A stretch of 64,000 bases of DNA from an uncultured Caldilinea sp. Lineage in GTDB: Bacteria > Chloroflexota > Anaerolineae > Caldilineales > Caldilineaceae. The notes under the pieces were generated by a model. That model worked only from the letters and a program-made list of their open reading frames with translations, was not told the DNA's origin and did not search any database. This document shows, piece by piece, positions 48,005 through 56,863 of this stretch (the first letter of the stretch is position 1; the number at the start of each line of letters is the position of its first letter). Location: assembly GCA_964392295.1 (NCBI GenBank), contig CAYMQA010000020.1, forward strand, positions 13,372 through 77,371. Reading direction: 5' to 3'. The translations under genes were made by a program, and so were the position numbers.

Positions 48005-50524
48005 ATGCACCGCGCACAGTCACCAATGATCACACGCGCGATCAACTGTTTGTTGATCGTTGCCTTGCTCTGTACAGGCTTCACGAGTTTTGGCATAAAC
48101 CCCCTTGCGCGGGCCGCCACGCCTATGCCTGCGGCCACGGCAACGCCTGTCCCCAATGTCACGCCCCCTGCCGTTCCTGCCGTAACCATCAACCAGTCAG
48201 CCGCCGATGATCCGCTGGCCCAGCTGTTAACGCAATTGCCAGCCATCAAAAAGCTTATCGAAAAGCTCGATCGTCAACTTGATCACAGTCAGGTGGATCT
48301 CGACGAGCTTGCGTTGGCATTGGGTGGCGATGCTGATGCGCTGGTTACGTGGGTACGTACACAGATCGTCTTTACCCAATACCCGGGGGTGTTGAATGGG
48401 GCGGAGGGCACCCTGATTGGCCGTGCGGGCAACGCGTTGGACACGGCAATCTTATTATCGCAATTGCTGGCCGATGCTGGCTATGAAGCACGTATTGCCC
48501 GCGGCACCCTGCCCGACGACACCGCGCGCACCTTGGTCAACCAGATGATCGCGCCCCGTCCTGCGGCAGCCGCGATTGGCGACGAGACCGCGGTGCGTGG
48601 GCTGCTGGTTGAGCTGGGACAAGCCTTTGGCCTGAGTGCGGCCGAGAGTAAGGAGCAGGTGCAAGCCGCATTGCTGCCCGATCCCACGCCCGATCCCCGT
48701 TTTGCTGACGCGCAAACGGATGCCGAGTTTATTCTGTCTGTGTTAGAGGAGGCAGGGATTAGCTTGGGCGATCCCGCTGCCATGGATACCTTAGTGGCTG
48801 AAGCCACTGATTATTTCTGGGTGGAATATCGCCTCAGTGTGGGGCAACCTTGGCAACAGGCCCACCCCGCCTTCAAAGATGGGCGCGTTGCGCCCAAACA
48901 ACTCGTCGCCAGCGAAACCTTTTTGGAGGACGTGCCCGCCGATCTCTTTCATCGCATCCGCATCGAAGTGTCGATTGAACAGAAAGTCGCTGATCAACTG
49001 GCCACCGCAGTCGTGATGCCGGCCTGGGAACGCCCCGTGGCCGATCTGGTAGGGCGTCCTTTGGTCTATCGCAACAACCCGATTTCGCTGCAAAGTCTGG
49101 AAGAGTTGCTCGATGTTGAAGCCTTTCTGGCCAAGCCCACGACCTTTATTCCCAGCTTTAACAATGCCTTGGTGCTTGACGGCCAGGGCTTTGATCTCAA
49201 TGGCACCGCTTATGATGTTGGTCTGTTGGGCGCGGACACGTTGGCGCTCACCCAGATCGGGCAGAGCATCGGTAATTCATTGGAAGATGCTGTCGGTGCA
49301 CTGGACACGCCGGATGAAGACGCGGCTACCGAAGTTCCCCGCGACCTGATCACGCTCACCGCCCAGTGGATCGACTATACCTTGATCGCACCTGATGGCA
49401 CAGCGCGCACCTTTCGCCGTACGGTGTTGGATCGCATCGGGGCAGAAAATCGCAGCGCGGGTTTGGTTGCGATTGCGCCGGGGCAGGAGATGCCCGCCGC
49501 GGCGGCCCCACTCTTAACCCAACATACGATCCTGGTGTTGCCAAGCATCTATCGTCATGCCTATGTCGCCAAACGTTTTTTGGCACAGATGAAGGTCGCC
49601 GTCGAGCTGCTCGATTATCTGTACAAGGGTATGCCCTTTGCCGAGCAACCTGTAGCCCCACCCATGAAACTACTCACGGCCAGCACTCCCTTTGATGATG
49701 TTATTCTCAATACACTTTTCGCCCGCAGCCCACCCCTTGATCCTGCGGCTGAGTCGGACCGCATTTCCTATCGCGCCGAACCCTATTTGGTGATTTTAGA
49801 AGATGGGATGCTGCTGAATCGCCCAGAGCCGACGGGTTTTTTGCGCGTAGATATTGTCAATAACACGCGCCGCTCCTTTGTGATCCAGGATGGCGAACTC
49901 CAGCTTGATCCCCAGGCTAACATCCTGGCGGGCGCGTGGGAGACCCAGGCCGAACAGTCGCCGTTTGCCGAGGTGCAAGGCAAACGTTTTAGCACCATGG
50001 TCGCGTTTCTCTCCGCCGCCCAGGCTGGTGTGCCGATTGCCGTAGTTACCCCAACTGACCGGGCACCCCTGGCCGAGCTGACATTGCCCATGGTCTCCCG
50101 TTTGGCCATCGAGCGCGATCTCGATAAGGGGTACGTGGTGATCGTGCCTGAAACCATCGCCTCGGGTGATGGGGCAGCCGGCTGGTGGCGCGTCAACCCG
50201 AATACCGGCGAAACCCTGGGGCTGGCGGGTGAGGGACGTGGCGATTCTGCCGTTGAATATTCGTTCCTCCTGGGTCTGAAAGAAAATTTGATTTTGGGCG
50301 CGCCAAGTGCGCTGGCTGGTTTTGCCATCTGTATGGGTGGCGCATCGGGGAGTGCAGGCTGCTGTGCCGCTGATGCGGCTGCATCGTTAGGTGCCGGTGC
50401 GGCCTTAGGCGCTGCCGTCGCTTACCGATCGGTGGTCGCTGCCATTCTGCTGGGTGAAGCGCTGAAAATCGGTGGCATTGTTGGGGGTATGACCGGCGCC
50501 ACGCCTAGCTTCTGCAACATTTAA
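48005..50524 (+). CDS. secreted transglutaminase-like-fold protein lacking the catalytic Cys, with a Gly/Ala/Cys-rich C-terminal tail
   Basis: 839 aa from ATG 48005 (RBS GAGGAGAG) with a signal peptide. The segment GTLIGRAGNALDTAILLSQLLADAGYEARIARG resembles the TGase core (G.C..FA.L...LLRA.GIPAR) with Cys replaced by Ala. The domain call is tentative. Confidence 0.55.
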   Translation: MHRAQSPMITRAINCLLIVALLCTGFTSFGINPLARAATPMPAATATPVPNVTPPAVPAVTINQSAADDPLAQLLTQLPAIKKLIEKLDRQLDHSQVDLDELALALGGDADALVTWVRTQIVFTQYPGVLNGAEGTLIGRAGNALDTAILLSQLLADAGYEARIARGTLPDDTARTLVNQMIAPRPAAAAIGDETAVRGLLVELGQAFGLSAAESKEQVQAALLPDPTPDPRFADAQTDAEFILSVLEEAGISLGDPAAMDTLVAEATDYFWVEYRLSVGQPWQQAHPAFKDGRVAPKQLVASETFLEDVPADLFHRIRIEVSIEQKVADQLATAVVMPAWERPVADLVGRPLVYRNNPISLQSLEELLDVEAFLAKPTTFIPSFNNALVLDGQGFDLNGTAYDVGLLGADTLALTQIGQSIGNSLEDAVGALDTPDEDAATEVPRDLITLTAQWIDYTLIAPDGTARTFRRTVLDRIGAENRSAGLVAIAPGQEMPAAAAPLLTQHTILVLPSIYRHAYVAKRFLAQMKVAVELLDYLYKGMPFAEQPVAPPMKLLTASTPFDDVILNTLFARSPPLDPAAESDRISYRAEPYLVILEDGMLLNRPEPTGFLRVDIVNNTRRSFVIQDGELQLDPQANILAGAWETQAEQSPFAEVQGKRFSTMVAFLSAAQAGVPIAVVTPTDRAPLAELTLPMVSRLAIERDLDKGYVVIVPETIASGDGAAGWWRVNPNTGETLGLAGEGRGDSAVEYSFLLGLKENLILGAPSALAGFAICMGGASGSAGCCAADAAASLGAGAALGAAVAYRSVVAAILLGEALKIGGIVGGMTGATPSFCNI

Positions 50525-50567
50525 GCACAATCACTTGGCTTGCTTGTCAAGATTGGAACAGAAATTA

Positions 50568-53500
50568 ATGCCACAGCAAATTTTCTCCTGTTTGACTAGA
50601 ATGGGCCTGGGGTTGGTGGTTTTTGTTACCGCCTTAACCATGGGCACGATGCCGCTGTACAGCCAAGCCTGCGCTGGTGAAAGTGAACCGAATGATCAGC
50701 CCGCCCAGGCGACTGCCATCAACGGCGCAAGTTGTATTAGCGCCGAGTTGGGCGAGGGCGATCAAGATATCTACAGGTGGACCATCGACGAAGCCGCGTC
50801 ACGCCAACGCTGGTACTTCACTTTACAAGGTCTGCCGACCGGCCTGACCACTGCGCAGATCCTGCGCGTCACCTTGGCCGAGAATGGCGTAGATGTTGTG
50901 GAATCGACCAAGCTCTATGAATTTTCGGTGCAAAGGGGCGGCACTATCACATCGGCTCCCCTCCTCTTCATTCCGGGGACTTACTATCTGGGCCTTGTCG
51001 CGGCGGGCGGGACAGGCGCGTATGAAGTAGAGATGCAACTGACGGAGCCGCTGCCCGTCGCCGCCGATCAGGAATCGACCCAAGATACCCCCGCGCCGTT
51101 ACCGGCTGCCCCAGATAATTCGGATAATCTCGTGCAACTCTCGGGTGATTTGATCGGTGCCGATGACTATTTTGCATGGACAGTGAGTGAAGCCGACGCC
51201 GCGCAACGCTGGCGCATCACGGCGCAGTTGCCATTGGGCGAAAGGGGGTATCTCTACCTCTACGACAGCCAAGCCAGCCAGGTTACCTATCGCGAAGTCA
51301 GCACTCTTGGCAGAATTGATTTGCCAGCGTTGGGGCTAGCCGGGGGCGACTATCGAATTCGGGTGGCTACGGGGCGCGATTATACCACGCCTTATCTGTT
51401 ATCGATCCAGCCAGACGGCGCACGCGCGGCCACCCACGAAGAAGAACCCAATGACGATTATCAACATGCCTGGCCCTTTGATATGGGCCTACCAATGAAG
51501 GGGGGCGTGGCCGCAGACCACTATGACCTTGATTTTTACAAGCTCACGGTCGATGCACGTTTTGCCGCGGCTCAGTGGCAACTGACAGCCACGCCATCCG
51601 TCCCCGCCGACTACGAACTCTGTCTACTCGATGATAAAGCTGTTTCGATCCAATGTCGCACGGGCGATGGTGGCGAAATAGTGCCCAGCTTGACCGATCT
51701 GACTTTCGTTCCGGGCGAGTATTATGTTACCTTGCGCGATAAAGCGCAGAAGGGGGCCGACTATACACTGGCTTGGGAGGAAATCGGCGAACTACCGGCG
51801 GGGCGCGAGAACGAACCCAATGATGACATTGCCCATGCCTGGCCGTTTAGCGCAACAAGTGCTATCCAGGGACGTTTTGTCGATTACGAGGATGATTACT
51901 ATCAGTTTACGGCGACCGGCGCGGCCCAGTTGTGGCGCATTCAGATCAATGGCGATAACCTGGATCTGCTTTCGCTGGTCGAGGTCGATGGTACAGAGCT
52001 GATGAGTGCGCGGCCCAACGGTGCCAACCGCTTGCGCCTGGACGATCTCTACCTGTGGCCCGGCGACCACTTGATCCGGGTGCGCGGCACCGATGCCGAT
52101 TACAGTGTGCGCATGATTCCACTAGGGCCACCCGCGATCACGGTGACAATGCCCGCTTTGTCCGCCGATGGTCAACTGATGGCAAGTGAAAACCTGCCTG
52201 CAACGGGAACCGGCATCACCGAGCGTGAGCCGAACAATGGCGCCGAGCGCGCTGAACGTCTTCCATTCGATACCCCGCGCAGTGGACGCTTGAGCCATAA
52301 GGAAGATCTGGATCTCTATCGTTTCTCGCTGGCCGGCACCGAGCATGTGCGCCTGATCTTGGTGCAGCCGCCTGGCGGGCGCGTGCAGATGGATCTGAGT
52401 GAGCGCTTTTCCAATGCCGAGCGTGATGATGGATCCCCGCTCATCTATGAAACGCTGCTTGGCCCCGGCGACTACACCATTGCGCTCGACGCGGCACAGC
52501 CCAGTGAGGATCTCTACTATCTCCTGCTTGAACGCCTGAACCCGCTGGATCTACCTGTCGATCTGGAGCCAGTCAACGAGCAGCCGGCGGGTGCGACCTT
52601 GCTGCCGCCAACCCTCAGCGTGCGTGGCCGCGTGAACAACAGTGAAGACGCGATCGATTGGTATCAGGTGCCCACGCTGCCCACCGCTACCACCGTTTCC
52701 ACCCTCACGGTCAATCTGTCGCCGGGCTTTTATGCGGATGTGCGTTCGGGGGAGAGTAGCTTGTCAGCCCAGAATACCGATAGTGCGCTGGGGATTTACA
52801 CCTATACGCTGCCGTCGGCTGATCCTGTGCTCATTGGCGTACGTGGGATGGGGATCTATACCCTCAGCGTGACAGCCGATGCTGGTCTAATAGCCCAACC
52901 CCTGTCAGAAGCATTGCCGTTGACCATGACCCTCAGCGCGCCAGTTGCCGCCATCGCTGGTTTCTGGCAACAGGGTCAGCAACTTGATCTGAACCTGACG
53001 CTGACCAACACGGGGGATACGCCACTCGTCCTAGCGCTCTCTGCCGTTAGCACGAATTTTGCATGGCAACTGTTTTCTGCGCCAGGCGCCGCCAATTGGG
53101 TGGAGACAATCACGCTGGTCGCGGGGGAAAGCCGCACATTGCCATTGCCTGTCAAAATTTTGCCCGATGTAGGTGTCAATCTGCCGTCACGGTTTAGCGT
53201 ACGCGCGACCGATGTGGCAAGTGGTGCGGGTGCTTTTGTTACTACAACGCTCGATCTGCCCGCGATCTGTAGTGTGTCGCCGATCAATCCCAACAGTGGG
53301 TGGACAACGGCTGGCGCGCTGCGCGGTGGATTAAATGTGGCCTGGCGCGGGTTAGGTAGCCAGCCATTGAATGAGCAGGCCAATGAGCGCATCTTTGATC
53401 TCTTTGATGAAATCGTCAGTCCAGCTTTTGGGTGGACGGGGCAAGTTGATGATCGGCTAACGGTGGCCTTGGCGGGTGACGAGGCTGTGCCAGTGGCGGG

Positions 53501-56048
53501 CATCATGCTCAATGCTTTTGGTCGTACGCAACCTGCCGACCAGTTGCGCCATTTTGAGCTGTTGCTCTCTGCCGATGGTCAGGATTTTGCGGTTGTCCAT
53601 CGTGGTGAATTGGTGCAAAACCAGATCGACCAGACCATTGTCCTGACCCAGACGATTCCCGCACGGTTTGCCCAGGTACGACTCATCGACAGTTGGCAGG
53701 GTGGGGCTACCATTGGCATTGGTGAATTCAAAGTTATCGCCGCCACCGACTATCAACCGTCGACTGTCTTTAATTTGCTCGATCCTGCCTTAGGGGGGCA
53801 TGTTGTCTCAAGCTCTCCGCTGTTGGCCAATCAACAAGAACTGGTATCGCCCCTGGATGAACAGCCTATGCTCTATCCAGGGGAAGGCGCGCCATCCGTC
53901 GAATGGGTGGTGGCTTTCCACCACAACCGCGCGGCCCAGATTACGACGCTGCACTGGCGCAACTGGCCGGATGGCGCGCCCGAGCACCGCTTCAATACGG
54001 TGGAAATCCAGGTGAGTACGACGAGTCCCGTTGGTCCGTGGCAACCTGTGACCACATGGACGCTCGATCCCACTTCTGTCGCTACCCAGACTTTGACGCT
54101 GGATGCGCCGGTGTGGGCGCGCTTTGTCCGCTATATTGCCCAGCCACCAACCGACAGCTCCGCCTACGAATACCCTGATACGCTTGCTATCGACGAATAC
54201 CCGTTGGAGAATAGTTATCGCTCGATCCTGGCCGAGTGGGGCGGCAATCGTCCTACCGCCATTTTTGAGGAGATCCAGCAGATCCACGCCTTGGGCAGCC
54301 AGATCAGCGAAGTCGAACCCAACGACCAAACAAATGCCCAACTGTTGGCCCCCGGTCAGCCGATCAACGGGACAACGTCGCTAGGTCAAGATGAGGATTG
54401 GTTTACCTTTATTGCGCCGCCGAATGTCAATACCCTAACGGCGACCTTGCGTGGCGATCCAGCCGTAAGCGTCGATGCCGAGGTGCTCGATAGCAACGGC
54501 GCACCTATCAGCCATACCCTGGAAATTACGGGCGGCGTGCTGTTACTCAATGTGCCTGTAACGCCGGGCGACAGTTACTACCTGCGAATCTTTGATCCCA
54601 AGCGGTCGATTGTCTTTTCGTGGGATACCAGCGGCAGTGTTGGCCCCTATCTGACGCAGATTTACCAGAGCATGGCTACTTTTACCCAGGGGATCGACCC
54701 CGATTATGAGATGGTCAATCTGCTGCCCTTTGGCGATCCGGGGACTTTCCTGTTGCCAGATTTCAGTGGGGATGCTGCGTCGGTGCAACAGGCCTTTAAC
54801 AATTATCCGCGCACCGAAAGCTCAAGCAGTGCCGAAGCTAACTTATTGGCCGCCACCACGGCGTTGGCTGCACGTACGGGTGTCCGCGCGGTGGTGCTGA
54901 TGACCGATGCCGAGAGCAGCAGTTATCCTGAAACGGAGCGTTTGTGGCAGGCCCTGAGCGCTACACAACCCCGCGTCTTTAGTTTTGAGATCAGCAGCGG
55001 CGGCACTGCCTATAGCCAAGATTTGATGCAAGATTGGGCCATGGTCAACAACGGCTACTATGCCAATCTGACCACGCTAGGTGCCTTTGAGCAGGGTTTT
55101 GCCCGCGCAACCTGTTTCCTGCGGCGTCCGGCGGATTATGGGGTGAGCATCGCCTTTACCCATGCCGCGCCACCGCCCACCCCCACCCCACTTCCGACCC
55201 CAATGCCCACCGCAACCTCTACCCCTGTTGCGACGCCTACACCGGCGGCCCCTGGCGCGCTCACGGTCGTAGGTGCCGACGACGCGAGCAGCCAACCGGC
55301 CCAGGTGATTGGCGGCGGTGCCGTGGAACTGATCCTCGATGCGTCGGGCAGCATGTTGCAAGGATTGGAAGGCAAACCGCGCATTCAGATTGCCCGCGAC
55401 ACACTCACGAACCTAACGACCAACATTTTGCCACCGGGCACCCAGCTTGTGCTGCGCGTCTTTGGGCATCTGGAAGCCGACGCTTGCCGCACAGATCTGG
55501 TGATTCCGCTACAGCCGCTTGATCCCGCCAGTGTCAATGAAATTATCGCTGGTATCGAGGCCAAAAATTTGGCCAAAACCCCCATTGCTGCTTCGCTGCG
55601 TCTGGTGGCTGAAGATTTGGCTACGGCCACCGGTCAAAAGGTCGTCGTGTTGGTCACCGATGGCGAAGAGACCTGCGATGGTGACCCTGGGGCGGAGATC
55701 GCCGCCTTGCGTGCCCAGGGCATTGATGTGCGCGTCAATATTGTTGGCTTTGCCATCGATGATCCTGCGCTACAGGCCACCTTTGAGGAATGGGCTGCCT
55801 TGGGTGGCGGCGCGTACTTCAATGCCAATAATGCGGGTGAACTCGATACGGCTGTCAGCCAGGCATTGGCCGCACCCTTTCGTGTGCTAAATGCCACTGG
55901 CGTCGAGGTGGCGCGCGGTGTGGTTAATGGGGATACTGTTGATCTGCCCGCGGGTAGCTATAGGGTTGAGATCTTGACCGAACCAACGCAGCAATTGCCG
56001 GTGACGATTCCTGGCGGCGCAAGTGTGACATTGTCCATTGAACCGTAA
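50568..56048 (+). CDS. giant secreted multidomain protein: repeated pre-peptidase C-terminal (PPC)-like modules, two discoidin/F5-F8-type-C-like modules and two VWA domains
   Basis: 1826 aa from ATG 50568 with a signal peptide. The EPND motif recurs (ESEPNDQPAQA, EEEPNDDYQHAWPF, ENEPNDDIAHAWPF, EREPNNGAERA, EVEPNDQTNAQ). Discoidin-like ends are present (...ARFAQVRLIDSW..GIGEFKVIA; ...WARFVRYIAQPP). Two MIDAS motifs are present (FSWDTSGSVG; LILDASGSML), with a P/T linker between the VWA domains. Confidence 0.8.
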   Translation: MPQQIFSCLTRMGLGLVVFVTALTMGTMPLYSQACAGESEPNDQPAQATAINGASCISAELGEGDQDIYRWTIDEAASRQRWYFTLQGLPTGLTTAQILRVTLAENGVDVVESTKLYEFSVQRGGTITSAPLLFIPGTYYLGLVAAGGTGAYEVEMQLTEPLPVAADQESTQDTPAPLPAAPDNSDNLVQLSGDLIGADDYFAWTVSEADAAQRWRITAQLPLGERGYLYLYDSQASQVTYREVSTLGRIDLPALGLAGGDYRIRVATGRDYTTPYLLSIQPDGARAATHEEEPNDDYQHAWPFDMGLPMKGGVAADHYDLDFYKLTVDARFAAAQWQLTATPSVPADYELCLLDDKAVSIQCRTGDGGEIVPSLTDLTFVPGEYYVTLRDKAQKGADYTLAWEEIGELPAGRENEPNDDIAHAWPFSATSAIQGRFVDYEDDYYQFTATGAAQLWRIQINGDNLDLLSLVEVDGTELMSARPNGANRLRLDDLYLWPGDHLIRVRGTDADYSVRMIPLGPPAITVTMPALSADGQLMASENLPATGTGITEREPNNGAERAERLPFDTPRSGRLSHKEDLDLYRFSLAGTEHVRLILVQPPGGRVQMDLSERFSNAERDDGSPLIYETLLGPGDYTIALDAAQPSEDLYYLLLERLNPLDLPVDLEPVNEQPAGATLLPPTLSVRGRVNNSEDAIDWYQVPTLPTATTVSTLTVNLSPGFYADVRSGESSLSAQNTDSALGIYTYTLPSADPVLIGVRGMGIYTLSVTADAGLIAQPLSEALPLTMTLSAPVAAIAGFWQQGQQLDLNLTLTNTGDTPLVLALSAVSTNFAWQLFSAPGAANWVETITLVAGESRTLPLPVKILPDVGVNLPSRFSVRATDVASGAGAFVTTTLDLPAICSVSPINPNSGWTTAGALRGGLNVAWRGLGSQPLNEQANERIFDLFDEIVSPAFGWTGQVDDRLTVALAGDEAVPVAGIMLNAFGRTQPADQLRHFELLLSADGQDFAVVHRGELVQNQIDQTIVLTQTIPARFAQVRLIDSWQGGATIGIGEFKVIAATDYQPSTVFNLLDPALGGHVVSSSPLLANQQELVSPLDEQPMLYPGEGAPSVEWVVAFHHNRAAQITTLHWRNWPDGAPEHRFNTVEIQVSTTSPVGPWQPVTTWTLDPTSVATQTLTLDAPVWARFVRYIAQPPTDSSAYEYPDTLAIDEYPLENSYRSILAEWGGNRPTAIFEEIQQIHALGSQISEVEPNDQTNAQLLAPGQPINGTTSLGQDEDWFTFIAPPNVNTLTATLRGDPAVSVDAEVLDSNGAPISHTLEITGGVLLLNVPVTPGDSYYLRIFDPKRSIVFSWDTSGSVGPYLTQIYQSMATFTQGIDPDYEMVNLLPFGDPGTFLLPDFSGDAASVQQAFNNYPRTESSSSAEANLLAATTALAARTGVRAVVLMTDAESSSYPETERLWQALSATQPRVFSFEISSGGTAYSQDLMQDWAMVNNGYYANLTTLGAFEQGFARATCFLRRPADYGVSIAFTHAAPPPTPTPLPTPMPTATSTPVATPTPAAPGALTVVGADDASSQPAQVIGGGAVELILDASGSMLQGLEGKPRIQIARDTLTNLTTNILPPGTQLVLRVFGHLEADACRTDLVIPLQPLDPASVNEIIAGIEAKNLAKTPIAASLRLVAEDLATATGQKVVVLVTDGEETCDGDPGAEIAALRAQGIDVRVNIVGFAIDDPALQATFEEWAALGGGAYFNANNAGELDTAVSQALAAPFRVLNATGVEVARGVVNGDTVDLPAGSYRVEILTEPTQQLPVTIPGGASVTLSIEP

Positions 56049-56064
56049 CTGACGCAGGAAAATT

Positions 56065-56634
56065 ATGGATACAAAAGAAACCGTTCCTCAACTACAAATG
56101 GTCTGGCCCGAGCACCGATTGACGACACCACCCATTGTGTCGTTGTCCGCTGGTTATCACTTGCGCACCTATCGCCGCGGCGACGAATTGGGGTTTTATC
56201 GGGTGATGGCGCTTGCGGGCTGGTCGGGGTGGGATGATGCCAAGTTGCAACCTTGGATCGCACGCATTCCACCCGAAGCTTGGTTCCTGGTAATTCACGT
56301 TGCCACCAATACCTTGGTGGCAACGGCCATGGGGCTACACGATCACTCGGATGACCATCCCTTTGGCGGCGAATTGGGCTGGGTGGCCGTCGATCCTGCG
56401 CACGCCGGCCAGGGGTTGGGCACAGCCGTCTGCGCCGCAGTGACGGCGCGGCTGATCGGGGCGGGCTATCGCAACCTGCATCTCTACACCGAACATTGGC
56501 GGCTGGCCGCGCTAAAGCTTTATTTGAAGTTGGGCTATATTCCATTCCTCTATACCCCTGAAATGCCCGCGCTCTGGCAGGACATCTGTATGCAACTTGA
56601 CTGGCCGTTTACGCCAGAACTGTGGCGTACATAA
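56065..56634 (+). CDS. GNAT-family acetyltransferase
   Basis: 189 aa with an acetyl-CoA binding motif (VAVDPAHAGQGLGTAVCAAV). Confidence 0.7.
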   Translation: MDTKETVPQLQMVWPEHRLTTPPIVSLSAGYHLRTYRRGDELGFYRVMALAGWSGWDDAKLQPWIARIPPEAWFLVIHVATNTLVATAMGLHDHSDDHPFGGELGWVAVDPAHAGQGLGTAVCAAVTARLIGAGYRNLHLYTEHWRLAALKLYLKLGYIPFLYTPEMPALWQDICMQLDWPFTPELWRT

Positions 56635-56863
56635 CTGCTCAACAACACGGTTGGGGGCGATTTGTGACCGCGCGTTGCGAAACGTGTCGGCTACATGCTA
56701 TACTATAGCCACATTTGTTGCCTTATAATGCTTGCCCTCCGACGTGATCTCACCTTAGTTACCTAAAGATAGTTACCTAAAAATTTGTATATCTACTTTG
56801 GGCAACGCATAACATTGTAATCCTTACCCATCAGACCGAACAATAAGTCTTTCCACATAAACT

